Positions 40,415 to 51,143 are shown, counted from the stretch's first letter. The stretch: 64,000 bases of DNA from an uncultured Lachnospiraceae bacterium (GCA_964606505.1 CAZSGM010000004.1:39330-103329), one strand, 5' to 3'. The notes: generated by a model from the letters alone, not told the origin. Numbers and translations are program-made.

Positions 40415-41116
40415 ATGATTTTTGAAACTTTTGCTAATTTTATGAACAAAATTATGCTGTTTTCCTCTTACATTAACAATTCCTACGGTTACCCCAAACC
40501 CCTCAGCGCTGAGGACGAAAAACGCTACCTTGAATTGTACTGGGCAGGCGACGAACTCGCAAAAGAAAAACTAATTAACCACAACCTCAGACTCGTTGCG
40601 CACATTGTAAAAAAGTACAGCAACTCAACCTTTGAAGCAGAAGATATGATTTCCGTCGGAACAATTGGCTTAATTAAAGCAGTCAACACCTTCTCAGCCG
40701 ACAAAAACACACAGTTGTCGACTTACGCCGCGCGCTGCATTGAAAACGAAATCCTGATGTTGTTGCGCAAGCAAAAGAAACACAAAAATGTCGCCTCCCT
40801 CAATGAAGCCCTAGGCAAAGACAAGGACGGAAACGACATTTGTTTGATGGATATAATTGACGACGACGGAGACAATGTTGAGCTCAGCGTCGAAAACAAG
40901 TTATTTATGGAAAAAGTTTTGAAAATCACAAAAAAACATTTGAACGCGCGCGAGTACCTTATAATTGTTATGCGGTACGGCTTGAACGGCGACGCGCCGC
41001 TCACTCAGCTTGAAGTCGCGAAAAAACTCGGCATTTCGCGCTCGTACATATCGCGTCTTGAAAAGAAAGCGCTAAAAACCATCGCTCAGCACTCCATACA
41101 TTGCGACGAGGGCTAG
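40415..41116 (+). CDS. sigK: sporulation sigma factor SigK (pro-form, uninterrupted)
   Basis: Hydrophobic pro-sequence, YPKPLS, NLRLVAHIVKKY, DMISVGTIGLIKA, TYAARCIENEILM, LGISRSYISRLEKKAL. Confidence 0.9.
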   Translation: MIFETFANFMNKIMLFSSYINNSYGYPKPLSAEDEKRYLELYWAGDELAKEKLINHNLRLVAHIVKKYSNSTFEAEDMISVGTIGLIKAVNTFSADKNTQLSTYAARCIENEILMLLRKQKKHKNVASLNEALGKDKDGNDICLMDIIDDDGDNVELSVENKLFMEKVLKITKKHLNAREYLIIVMRYGLNGDAPLTQLEVAKKLGISRSYISRLEKKALKTIAQHSIHCDEG

Positions 41117-42879
41117 CACTCGCTAACCGTCAGATAGTAAAGCCTCTTATTTCTAAGTTCAAAAACTGCGCGGAAGTCGCCAAAAGTTTCGCCGCTCTCA
41201 ACGTCGTCAAACGCGATTTGTCCGAGGCAAGTTTTGAGCCTTTTCTTGCTGTTTTTCACAAACTGCAACGCCATTTTCTTCGCAATTTGTTTTTTTATTT
41301 TCATAAGCGCCTTGAGTTGCGCTTTTTTTGTTTCGTCTTTTTCTTCTTTATACTTACTGCGCGCGTCGTAAAAGTCCTCGATTGCGTCGTAGATATCGGA
41401 CTTGTCGTCCTCTATGTCCTGTTCACTATGGGTGCCACCGAGCGCGGTTTGAATGTCTTGCAGTGTGCAACCGCTACAGATTTCGTACACGCCGTTTGTT
41501 AGCAATGCGTGCCCGCCAAATGTCGCGATTGTTGTTGTTTGTGGAACACCCAATTCCAGCGCACGGTAAATGTGGACTAAGTCGACAGGCGTCAAAACAA
41601 GTAAGTTTTCAAGTTTTTTGTACTCAGACAACTCAAGCGCACGCCTAAGCATTTTTGTAAACTTATCTTGCCTTGAACTGCCGTCTTGTTTTTCGCAGGC
41701 ACTCTCCAAAGCTACATTTTCGGTTGTTTTTTTCGCCGTTTTGGCGGTTTTTTCGCCAAATTTTTGATTTAACATATTGTCTAGCAAATCTTTTTTGTTG
41801 TCAAACTGTGAGTTTTCACTTTCAAAGTTTTGCGTAGTGGCGGCTGCTGTTTCGCAGGCGGTTTTAGAAACTGATTGCGCGAAACTATCAACAGACTTTG
41901 CACACCCGCCCGATTGCGCGGCGGCAGTTGCCAGCAGGTCGTTTGGGGTGGAAAGCGGCGCAAAACTTGAAAAGTACTTATCAAAAATATGGTTAGGGTC
42001 AGTTTTTTTGACGAACAACTTGTACAGTTTGCTGCTAAGTTCGCAATTTGCGTCAAAAACATCCTCAATGCCTGTCATTTGGTCGCCCTTTAGACAAACA
42101 AACACTGCGGGGATGCCCCAAACTTTAGTGAGTTTGCGCGCAACATTGTAGATGCTATCAAAATAGTCGCTCGCCAAAACTGCCGTATTTTCACACGCGT
42201 AAGGCAGCACATCAAAACAAGGAACAACCAACATTTTGTGCTCCCCCGTCAATTTGTCGCTAACGCTGTCTCCGTTGTGGTCGATAACCCCGCAGTCAGC
42301 GAGGCGTTTTAGGATGAGTGCTTTGGTTGTAGACTCAAGTGTGCCAAAGGAGAACGGCGCGGGGGTGTTAAAATCTGCGGCTGTCTGCTCTTGTTTTTTT
42401 GCTTTCTTTGATGATTTACACGCGTTTGCGGATTGCTCGCAATTTGGGACGGATTCAGCGCTGTCGCCGTTTTGGGCGCTCGTCGCTGAAGTTTCGCTGT
42501 TGCGGGTGCTTTCATCCGCAGCGGTGGCGCACTCGTCGTTTGAAGTTTCGTTGTTGCAATTCGCGCGCGCATCAGGCTGTTCGTCGTCGTTTTTGATAAC
42601 TTTCGATTTATCTAAATTGTCGATGTAGACGCAATACGACTTTGAGTGGTCGCTTAGCGAATACGAATCGAAGCCCACAACCCTGCCATACACGGGCGAA
42701 AACACGTTGACCGAGTTAAAACCTGCGGTTTTGGCGATTGTTTGCCCCTCAGTTACGACCTCGTTCATTTTAACAATCGGCAGCGCAGGGTCGCCGTTTG
42801 ACACTTTTAGCGGCACGATAACCATTTGCGGCTGCGGCATTTGACGAATTTCAAAATCAATGTTTTTGTTTATTTTCAT
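41113..42879 (-). CDS. degenerate RnfC-like protein
   Basis: RnfC N-terminal barrel (VPL...GDPALPIV...GQTIA...SPVYGRV) and SLBB-like segment; no CxxCxxC ferredoxin motifs. Confidence 0.65.
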   Translation of the reverse strand: MKINKNIDFEIRQMPQPQMVIVPLKVSNGDPALPIVKMNEVVTEGQTIAKTAGFNSVNVFSPVYGRVVGFDSYSLSDHSKSYCVYIDNLDKSKVIKNDDEQPDARANCNNETSNDECATAADESTRNSETSATSAQNGDSAESVPNCEQSANACKSSKKAKKQEQTAADFNTPAPFSFGTLESTTKALILKRLADCGVIDHNGDSVSDKLTGEHKMLVVPCFDVLPYACENTAVLASDYFDSIYNVARKLTKVWGIPAVFVCLKGDQMTGIEDVFDANCELSSKLYKLFVKKTDPNHIFDKYFSSFAPLSTPNDLLATAAAQSGGCAKSVDSFAQSVSKTACETAAATTQNFESENSQFDNKKDLLDNMLNQKFGEKTAKTAKKTTENVALESACEKQDGSSRQDKFTKMLRRALELSEYKKLENLLVLTPVDLVHIYRALELGVPQTTTIATFGGHALLTNGVYEICSGCTLQDIQTALGGTHSEQDIEDDKSDIYDAIEDFYDARSKYKEEKDETKKAQLKALMKIKKQIAKKMALQFVKNSKKRLKTCLGQIAFDDVESGETFGDFRAVFELRNKRLYYLTVSEC

Positions 42880-42947
42880 AATTTCCCTTTTATATTGTTT
42901 TTATTTATTGTTAGTCTAACTTTGTGGGGTTCAAACGATTGCGGCGC

Positions 42948-43673
42948 TCACCTAATTTTGTCAAAAAACTCGGCTTGCGATGTTACAATTTGCGCCAACT
43001 CCAACTCCTCAAAGTCGCTTAGCCCCACTTGCTGCTTACACTGCAAAACAACCCGCTCCGCCAGTTCCCCAACAGTCAGCGGCGGCGCATTCTCGTCAGA
43101 CGAAAAGAAACAGTCGCGCACGTACTCAAGATACGTCCCCCGCTCGCCACGCTCAAACTGCGCCAAAAACGCCAACACAAGCGAGCCCGCGAAACACCGC
43201 CTATCAAACTGTGTTACGCTAAACCAGTTGTTTTTGCGCCCCTCAAGACTCGCGTACAACAGTTTACTGTCCCCCAAACTAAATAGTTCCGAAAACTCTG
43301 CGGGCAACCCATCGCTCTCGCACTCCTCAAAAAAGTTACCTCCATTCTGCGCGCGCTCTGCCAAAAACTCCGCGTACCCCGCCTGCATTTGCGTGCGGAC
43401 AATCGCCCCGAGCGCGTCGATAACAAACAAGTACCCGAACGCGCCAAAGTTTTTGCACATAGACAGGTTGAGGTTCACAACCCCTTCTCCCGCCTTGTAA
43501 AGGTAGTCCTCATTATCAAAAACGCAAGTGAGCGCAACTCGGTTATTAAGCCCGTCGCAGTGGCAATGGTGGATTAGTTTTTGATATAGTTCTTGAACTA
43601 ATCGTTCGACTTCCTCGCTCGGTCTTTTAAACAAGTCTTTGTCAAAACTTTCCAGTAGTTTTAGCATTATCAA
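42948..43673 (-). CDS. hypothetical protein
   Basis: 241-aa ORF with GGAG RBS; no recognised motif. Confidence 0.65.
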   Translation of the reverse strand: MIMLKLLESFDKDLFKRPSEEVERLVQELYQKLIHHCHCDGLNNRVALTCVFDNEDYLYKAGEGVVNLNLSMCKNFGAFGYLFVIDALGAIVRTQMQAGYAEFLAERAQNGGNFFEECESDGLPAEFSELFSLGDSKLLYASLEGRKNNWFSVTQFDRRCFAGSLVLAFLAQFERGERGTYLEYVRDCFFSSDENAPPLTVGELAERVVLQCKQQVGLSDFEELELAQIVTSQAEFFDKIR

Positions 43674-44071
43674 AACTCCATTTGTATAGTTTTTTAGCCA
43701 TTCAAATTTTTAAACCTTTCAAATATCTTTTAGGCTACATTGGGTTATATTAAGCGCGCTTATACCATTTTTTAGCTTCAAATGCCAGTCAGGCAACCAA
43801 CAACTTAACAATGACATCCTAATATTTTTTTTAATTCCTTTTTAAAAGTAAGACCTTTTCCATTTTTTAGCTCACCCCCGCTTTGCTAAAAAAAAGCAAG
43901 TGCCTAACGCCCTTGCTTTCAAGTTCTGTTACAATTGTTGGGGCGGCGAAATTATGCAAACCCGCCTAAAAACTTTCAAAAATTCACAAACGCCACAACA
44001 CGCGGCGCGGCATTTGAAAGCCCCCAAAATAGTAAAGCCCTATGTAATCGTCTATTTTTCTAAACGTCTTA

Positions 44072-45370
44072 TTAGCGTTTAATGCGCTTCAAGAATGGCG
44101 GGATGTCGCTGTCGTCAACTTCAATCCTGCTCATACCACCTTGTGGGCGTTGAGGTTGCGCTTGAGGTTGTGCCTGTGGTCTAGCAAACTGCGTGCCAAG
44201 CCCTTGTTGCTTAGGGTCGTTTTGCGCTTCAGAAATGACGTTGTTATTAAACCCTGTCGCAATGATTGTTATTTCAACTTCGTCGCTCATACTCTCGTCG
44301 ATACCCGAACCGAAGATAATGTTGCAGTTAGGGTCAACAACTTCGCGCACAAGTTCAGCTGCTTCATAAACCTCTGCAAGCGACAAGTCTGCGCCACCCT
44401 TAACGTTGAGGATGATGTCAGTTGCACCCTCAATGGTTGTTTCCAAAAGCGGGCTTGAAACTGCTTGTCTAACCGCTTCGATAGTTTTGTTTTCGCCCTT
44501 GCCGTGTCCAATCCCCATATGCGCAACACCCTTGTTTTTCATAGTCGTGCGAATGTCGGCAAAGTCGAGGTTGATTAAGCCAGGTTTAGCGATAAGGTCG
44601 CTAATTCCTTGGATACCTTGTCTCAAAACATCGTCAGCGTACGCAAACGCTTCCATCATAGGTGTTTTGTTAGGTAAAATCTTGTAGAGTTTGTCATTAG
44701 GGATGATAATAAGCGTATCAACATATTTCTTGAGCGCCTCAAGTCCCTTTTCGGCGTTCTCCATACGCTTCCTGCCCTCAAACATAAACGGTTTTGTAAC
44801 AACCGCAACAGTGAGCAAGCCCATTTCTTTTGCGATACTAGCAATAATTGGCGCAGCGCCTGTACCAGTTCCGCCGCCCATACCTGCAGTTACGAAAACA
44901 AGGTCAGCGTCTTGCAACATTTCCTGCAAAACTGTTTTGCTTTCTTCCGCAGCTTTTTGCCCCATTTCAGGGAACGCACCTGCGCCCCAGCCGTTGGTAA
45001 TTTTTTCGCCAATTTGCAAGCGTTTTGGCGCATTTGAAATCAAAAGTTGTTGCTTATCAGTGTTGACAGCGATAAAGTCAGCAATGCCCGCGTCTTGCGC
45101 AACCATACGATTGACCGCATTGTTTCCAGCGCCGCCGACGCCAAAAACCTTAATTCTAACAACCTTTGAAACGCCGTCGTCGTCAGTGCTTTCCATTTCA
45201 AAGGAATTAGCAGTTACATTTTCCCCAGCGAAATTAAAGTCTTGTGGTCTTTCCATTGTCTCAGTAGCTGGATTTGAGAACAATGCGTTCGAGTTGAAAC
45301 CGCCGTTGTTATAGCCGTTTCCGTTGCCATAGCCATTATTGTTATAATTTTCAAACATTCTTTTGCCCAT
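44072..45370 (-). CDS. ftsZ: cell division protein FtsZ with N-terminal extension
   Basis: [17 protein letters not shown] tubulin signature, NLDFAD, C-terminal DIPPFLKR. Confidence 0.98.
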   Translation of the reverse strand: MGKRMFENYNNNGYGNGNGYNNGGFNSNALFSNPATETMERPQDFNFAGENVTANSFEMESTDDDGVSKVVRIKVFGVGGAGNNAVNRMVAQDAGIADFIAVNTDKQQLLISNAPKRLQIGEKITNGWGAGAFPEMGQKAAEESKTVLQEMLQDADLVFVTAGMGGGTGTGAAPIIASIAKEMGLLTVAVVTKPFMFEGRKRMENAEKGLEALKKYVDTLIIIPNDKLYKILPNKTPMMEAFAYADDVLRQGIQGISDLIAKPGLINLDFADIRTTMKNKGVAHMGIGHGKGENKTIEAVRQAVSSPLLETTIEGATDIILNVKGGADLSLAEVYEAAELVREVVDPNCNIIFGSGIDESMSDEVEITIIATGFNNNVISEAQNDPKQQGLGTQFARPQAQPQAQPQRPQGGMSRIEVDDSDIPPFLKRIKR

Positions 45371-45973
45371 CCTTAATTTTTTTTCTAAACAAAACATTTA
45401 GTAATCTTGAAATAGATAGTAAAATTACACTCAAAAAATGCAAGAACAAAAACACATCTACATTTAACACGACGTCAAACGATAAATCAATAATTTTTGC
45501 TCGAAAATGCTTCCTTTTGTAAGTATAAAAACATTCATTTGATACAAAAACTACTACGCTTTTTTGTTTACGACAATTTTAGCATACCGACAAACATTTT
45601 GTCAAATATTTTGCAACAATTTTATTGCATTTTTGACAATTTTGCAGTTTTTTTAAAAAAGCGCGCCGAATTTTACCTCGACACGCAACTTTTTTGCGAA
45701 AAAACGCACAAATTTAGCGAAAAAACACGTGTTTTTACATATTTTTTTTATTTTTTGCGTTTTCATTCACTATTCTGCGTTTTGCGCGCAAGGGATGGTT
45801 CTGACATAAAAAATCCCAGTCAATTTTTAAACCAACGCCACGTGCACCCTTGCGTTCATATTTATCAAAATTCAGGTCAAATTACGAGCTCCCCCAAAAA
45901 AAATAAACCGCCGCAAATTTGCAATACTGCAAAAGTTTTGCGACGGCTTAAAATTTAGGCATTCATTTTTTAA

Positions 45974-47140
45974 TTATTTTTTAAACAACGAAACAATTTT
46001 TTGCCACCATTTTTTGTAGAATGGCAAGCCTTGGTAATCCTCTTTTTCGCTAACGTAAGACGACTTTATCAAACTAGCGATTGCGGACTGCTCAAACTCG
46101 TCGAGCCCGCCCATTTCAAGGTTTTCCGCTTTACAAACAACTCCGAGTGCGGACGAGAACACGTCAAGCGCGCCCTTCATTTCGCAAAGTCCACCGCCTG
46201 TAACAGCGAACTGGTAAACATACTCATCTTCGGTTAGGCATTTTGCAACCATCTTTGCAATGTGCTCAATTTTCGCCTTAACGACGGTGTTGACTTGGCT
46301 CGCCATAAGTTCGTATTCCTTGCCCGTTTCCTCGTCCGAAACTACATAGTAATCTACTTCGGATGGGTCAACAGTGAGCAAAACCTTGCGTTTTAACTGT
46401 TCTGCGACCTTGAACGGCAACTCAAACGCCTCGCTCAAGTTTGCGACAATGTGCGCGCCGCCTAGCGAGAATGAATACAAACTTTCCACTTTCTCGCCCT
46501 TAACTGCAAGAACACTCGTTGTTAAGTAACCAACATCAATCAAAACTGCGCCTGCCTCGCGAACGTGCGGCTTTAACATTTGGTGTGCTTGCTCAATAAT
46601 CCCACACTTAAATTCAATATCAGAAAAACCGCATTCGGCAAGTTTTGAGGTTATGGTGTCAATAAAATCGTCGCTTACGTACACGTAAGTTACGTCAGCA
46701 GTCAACTCGTCTTGTTCGTCCTGCCCGTCGATGTGCGTTGAACTGTGAGGCTCAAAGTCTCCCAAGATTTTTTTAATAACCGTTCCCTCAACTTCGCCGT
46801 CCTCAAGGTCTGCGTGCCTTAGAAACTTACGGCGCAAGAGTTCGTTCAGTTCAATAGGTGCCGAAAAAGTTTGAGCTACGTCCTTTTTGTAGACGCCGCA
46901 AAACTCGCTAGGCACATTGACGTAAACTTTTGAATACTCCTCAGTATCTACATCGCTAAACAACTCCGTAATTACTTCGCTAAGCCTATCGCTATCGTCA
47001 AAAAATTGACCATCAGAAAAACCGCTATAATCGACTTCGGAATACTCCTCTATGTCTAATCTCCCGTCTTCAACTTCCACTTCGCAAAGACGCAACACGC
47101 TGGAACCTATATCAAGCGCAAGAAATTTTGTATTTTGCAT
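45974..47140 (-). CDS. ftsA: cell division protein FtsA-like actin ATPase
   Basis: ALDIGSS, LIDVGY, LGGAHI, AEQLKR, VTGGG, amphipathic C-terminus KKWWQKIVSLFKK; upstream of ftsZ. Confidence 0.85.
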   Translation of the reverse strand: MQNTKFLALDIGSSVLRLCEVEVEDGRLDIEEYSEVDYSGFSDGQFFDDSDRLSEVITELFSDVDTEEYSKVYVNVPSEFCGVYKKDVAQTFSAPIELNELLRRKFLRHADLEDGEVEGTVIKKILGDFEPHSSTHIDGQDEQDELTADVTYVYVSDDFIDTITSKLAECGFSDIEFKCGIIEQAHQMLKPHVREAGAVLIDVGYLTTSVLAVKGEKVESLYSFSLGGAHIVANLSEAFELPFKVAEQLKRKVLLTVDPSEVDYYVVSDEETGKEYELMASQVNTVVKAKIEHIAKMVAKCLTEDEYVYQFAVTGGGLCEMKGALDVFSSALGVVCKAENLEMGGLDEFEQSAIASLIKSSYVSEKEDYQGLPFYKKWWQKIVSLFKK

Positions 47141-47288
47141 AATTTACCCTCATTTGTTAGATTAACATTTTCAATGCTGAGGCAATGATAACATATTTTT
47201 TTAAAAATTGCAAACAACTAAAGGCGTTTTATTCCAATAAATATTTACTTATTTATTCCAATTTAATTTGAATTATCACATAACAATA

Positions 47289-49781
47289 TTATATAACAAT
47301 CCAGTTGTTGACACCTGCAGGCGCGGTTATGGATATATTAATCGTTGTGTCGGCAGTCGGAGTAAAGGTTTTCTTGTTTGTAGACTCGGTTCCGATTGTT
47401 GTTACCATATAAAGTTTGTGGTTAATCAATATTGTAAAGGATTTGTTTTTGTCGGCTTCAAAGGTTACCGTGCTGCCGTTTCGGACGACAAACTGGTTGA
47501 CAAGGCTTCCCGACTCGTCAAGGCGGTAAATTATGAACTGGTCGGCAAGGCTGCTTGTTGACGACGACCCGCTTGTGCCTGTGGTCGTTCCCGAGGTGGA
47601 GCAGCTAAGGTTGGTGGTTACACTGAGTGTGATGTTATAGGATGTCATCAGCATTTGCAGCGTCGGATACCCGTCGTTCATAGTGCTTTTAATAACCCAA
47701 GTATTTTCAAAGTCCCACTTGTATGATGTGTTACTGCTCCAAGTGAAATGAGCTGACCCCGATGTATAGGTAGTTTCACTTTTTAACTCGCTAAGGTTTG
47801 CGTCAGTTAATGTTAGCGAGTAAAGCCCGTTTGTTGGGTCAGTAACCGCATCATTCGAGCCCGTCAACGAAAATGCTGCACTCCCTCCTGCGCCCGAAGT
47901 AATAACCACACAATTGTAAACATTAAATTCCTCATCTGCCCAATCTCCATATGGCGATGCCCAACTTGTAATTGCATATATATAGCTCCCACTTTTTGCA
48001 GCAATTTCCACATCCACAAAGCAATTACTAACAGTTGGAGTTATTGTACCCATATCAGATGTTATCGTTACCAGCCCGCCAGCGATAAACCCAAAAACGC
48101 ACAGTCTGGGAACATAAACATTATCCATTGTAACATTCGCAAAGCAATTTTTAATCACAGTTGCCCGTCCAGCAACTAATCCCCCGCAACTAACACCATC
48201 AAAATAAGAACAATATATTTCCTCAATGTTTGCATCTATATAGCAATTTTCTATGTATTGAGCAACACCAGAAATCACTCCACAAAACGCACTGTAGTCC
48301 TCCATATTTACACGCATTTTAATTTTTTCTGTATTGCCATCATTTTTGTTAATGACCTTACAATTTGTTACATTGGTAGCCGATCCAACTATTCCACCGC
48401 ATCTTTCAATGTATGAACTGACAATAGTAATTTTGTTGCCGCTAAATGTACAATTATCGACATTTGTTGCCTTGCCAGCTACTGCTCCAACAGCCGGCAC
48501 AGAAAGCAACCTACCCGAATTCCCATCGCTTACAAAATTGGACTTAACTTCACAATGTGAAATTGTTCCTTCTAATTCTGCTACTATTCCCCCCATATAT
48601 CCTAATCCTGACGAGCACCCCAATCCCGATGTGCTGCTAGTGAAAATATCCGAATTCATAATGCAATTTTTTACTGTTGAGTTTCCAATGCCCCGACCTA
48701 CAATACCGCCAAAGCGAGCATTATTCCCCCAATATGGTATTTTTATTTCGCCGCCACTAATACTGCAGTCGCTAATTGTGCTCGCATTGCAAGCCCCAAC
48801 TATCCCACCGACTGAACCACGACATTCCCCACTTTTTGTGTAACTAAATATTCCATAGTCGGCAATACTATATTGTAAATTTATGTTTTTAATTTCTCCA
48901 TTACTAACATACCCAAATAATCCACCAAACGCCGCCTCATCCGTTTGTGCACTTACAGTGAAATTTGCAGGAACACTGCCTGCGGTTGCGTCTATTGTTA
49001 TAGTTTTGTTCTCGCCTGCGCCACCATCAAATATCCCTGAAAAATAGTTTGTTTGTGTACTGCCTGTCGTAAAGTCAACTGCAATTGGAACCCACGAACT
49101 TGCAGTTATGGTAATGTTGCTGGTAACTTTAAAATAAGTGTTTGAGTAATGCTGACCCGCATTACAGTTGGTTGCTAATAAACTTAAGTCGGCAAGCGTA
49201 CTAATTTTATACGGATTGTCTTGCGTGCCACTACCGCTCCAAGTTGAACCTTCCGCTGAAGCAGTTTCAATTTCGGGTGCAACTTTTAAATTTTCGTTCC
49301 CGTTACTTCCGTTTACATAACCGAACCCGACCGCAAACGCAAGGCACGCTACAAGCAGAAAAAGCCACAAACAAAGTTTTGTCGTAGCCGAACGTGTTTT
49401 TGTGTTACTTTTGTAACTAGTATCATTTTTATAACTTATAACATTTTTATAACTATGTTTTAAAGGTATTTGCTTTTTATTTTTTGAAAGTGTTAATAAA
49501 TTATCATTTTTTTGCACATTTTCGCGTTTTTCACAATTTTGCGAACTTTGCAAATTTTGGCAGTTATCCTGCAAAATTTTGCAGGTATACTTATCGTTTT
49601 CGGTAGTATAGCCGCTATTTTTAGCAACTAAATACCCCCCCCCCCCCAGTTTTTTAGCATTTACAAAAGGGGCATTTGAAACACTTAAAAAGTCTGCGTT
49701 TTGGTCGTTTTTTTGATTGTAGACGCAAGCATTTTCAGCGTTAAAGCAATTTGTTTCGTTTAAAATTTGCCTTTTAATCAT
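47289..49781 (-). CDS. GLUG-type surface protein, in frame (ON) through a G13 tract
   Basis: KKLGGGGY at the tract; TM LWLFLLVACLAFAVGFG; GSGTQDNPYKI, WVPIA...FSGIFDG, VGGIVG repeats, WDFENTW...GYPTL. Confidence 0.9.
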   Translation of the reverse strand: MIKRQILNETNCFNAENACVYNQKNDQNADFLSVSNAPFVNAKKLGGGGYLVAKNSGYTTENDKYTCKILQDNCQNLQSSQNCEKRENVQKNDNLLTLSKNKKQIPLKHSYKNVISYKNDTSYKSNTKTRSATTKLCLWLFLLVACLAFAVGFGYVNGSNGNENLKVAPEIETASAEGSTWSGSGTQDNPYKISTLADLSLLATNCNAGQHYSNTYFKVTSNITITASSWVPIAVDFTTGSTQTNYFSGIFDGGAGENKTITIDATAGSVPANFTVSAQTDEAAFGGLFGYVSNGEIKNINLQYSIADYGIFSYTKSGECRGSVGGIVGACNASTISDCSISGGEIKIPYWGNNARFGGIVGRGIGNSTVKNCIMNSDIFTSSTSGLGCSSGLGYMGGIVAELEGTISHCEVKSNFVSDGNSGRLLSVPAVGAVAGKATNVDNCTFSGNKITIVSSYIERCGGIVGSATNVTNCKVINKNDGNTEKIKMRVNMEDYSAFCGVISGVAQYIENCYIDANIEEIYCSYFDGVSCGGLVAGRATVIKNCFANVTMDNVYVPRLCVFGFIAGGLVTITSDMGTITPTVSNCFVDVEIAAKSGSYIYAITSWASPYGDWADEEFNVYNCVVITSGAGGSAAFSLTGSNDAVTDPTNGLYSLTLTDANLSELKSETTYTSGSAHFTWSSNTSYKWDFENTWVIKSTMNDGYPTLQMLMTSYNITLSVTTNLSCSTSGTTTGTSGSSSTSSLADQFIIYRLDESGSLVNQFVVRNGSTVTFEADKNKSFTILINHKLYMVTTIGTESTNKKTFTPTADTTINISITAPAGVNNWIVI
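49635..49647 (-). repeat. poly-G13 homopolymer tract (candidate phase-variation switch)
   Basis: C13 on the + strand; G12 gives GGT ATT TAG and G14 gives GTA TTT AGT TGC TAA. Confidence 0.9.
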
Positions 49782-49976
49782 AATTTACTCCTTATTAAAA
49801 TAAACTTTAAAACAAACACCGTGTACAGCAATAATCAACTATAGTTTTAATTTGCTTGCTTAATTACCGCGCAATTTAAGCGATATTCCATTGCAATTTA
49901 CGCAATAAAAACTTATATATTTTTTGCCCCACTTCAACATTTGTTGCGCAACCTAAAGTGGTTACTTTCAATTGTT

Positions 49977-50005
49977 AGTATACACAATTTAAATAAAAAA
50001 ATCAA
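49977..50005 (-). promoter_or_regulatory. sigmaA-type promoter of the 830-aa surface protein gene
   Basis: TTGATT-17 bp-TATACT. Confidence 0.6.
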
Positions 50006-50398
50006 ACATTTTGATATGCTTGATTGAAATTTTTGTTTTTACTTGTAATCACGCTCATTTCACTCGCGCCCTGTCCTGTCTTGTGCGTACTCTCGCAGTC
50101 CCTCATACTTACAGTTCTCGGTTGTATAAAAAACAACTTTGCGCAAGCGCGTACGTGTTTCGTATCTTTATTTTATTTGCATTCCCTAACTTAGTTGCGC
50201 ATGCAAGCACACGCATACTTAGACACACAGTCCCGTAACGTATCTGCGCTTGCCTGCACACCGCCAGTGTAAAGTTCCGCACACAATTTACTCGAAAGAC
50301 ATACCTAAATATTATCAAACTTACTCAATGAAAGCCTTGGGCTACTTATGCACTTCCTCAAGGCTCGCAATGCTGCGGTTGTTTGTGTGGGGTGCTTC

Positions 50399-50989
50399 CT
50401 AAACATTTGTTTCGGTGTCCGCAGATATAGGTGGCTCGCTCTCTTTGAGTTTCAACAAAAGTATACGTTTTATTCCAAAGGTGCGGTTTTTAAGTTCGTC
50501 AAAAAACTCGTAGACTTTGTCGTCCATTTTATCTTCTTTAGCCATTTCGACGACGCAAATGCCGTTTGCGGTAAGAGTTTTAAGTTCAACGATTTTCAAA
50601 AGCGCTTGGCTCTCCAACCCTTTATGGTACGGCGGGTCAAGCAAAATTATGTCGAAGTTTTGCCCGCGTCTTTTGAAGTTAAGCAACGCTTTTTCGTACG
50701 GCAAGTTTAAAATAAGCGGTTCGTATTTCATTGAAAGCGCGTTCTTACGCACGAGGTCGCAACTCTTCGGGTTCATATCCACAAAAACGGCGCTTTCGGC
50801 GTATCTACTGAGGCACTCAAGCCCAAGCGCGCCTGAACCTGCAAACAAGTCAAGCACCCTCGCGTCCTGTATGTAGGGGTCGAGGAGTCCAAACATACTT
50901 GTTTTAACCAAGTCCGCTGTTGGGCGCGTCCCCTCAAAGTTCGGCAACAACAATTTTTTGCCCCTGTTTCTTCCTGCTATTATTCTCAT
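50399..50989 (-). CDS. rsmD: 16S rRNA (G966-N2) methyltransferase
   Basis: MRIIAG, TRPT, LDLFAGSGALGLE, LDPPY. Confidence 0.95.
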   Translation of the reverse strand: MRIIAGRNRGKKLLLPNFEGTRPTADLVKTSMFGLLDPYIQDARVLDLFAGSGALGLECLSRYAESAVFVDMNPKSCDLVRKNALSMKYEPLILNLPYEKALLNFKRRGQNFDIILLDPPYHKGLESQALLKIVELKTLTANGICVVEMAKEDKMDDKVYEFFDELKNRTFGIKRILLLKLKESEPPISADTETNV

Positions 50990-51143
50990 AATGGTATTAT
51001 AGCATAATAAAGTGATTTTTCATAGTTTTTTTTGTATTTTTTCAACAAGATTTCGGCAACTTTTTTAAATTTACAGCATTAGAGTTGCAATTATATTAAT
51101 ATATAATGTATGCAATCAATCAAAAAAGCGCAAAACAACTAAC

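Noticed and set aside
40415-41116. skin-like element interrupting sigK
   Set aside because: The reading frame is continuous from the pro-sequence to region 4.
45497-45958. 153-aa plus-strand ORF between ftsA and ftsZ
   Set aside because: TTG start without RBS, Phe/Lys-rich translation of T/A runs, antisense to the operon; likely non-coding.
8375-49781. Diversity-generating retroelement or shufflon as the source of surface-gene variation
   Set aside because: No reverse transcriptase or recombinase ORF, no template/variable repeat pair differing at adenines, and no inverted cassette series in the window.
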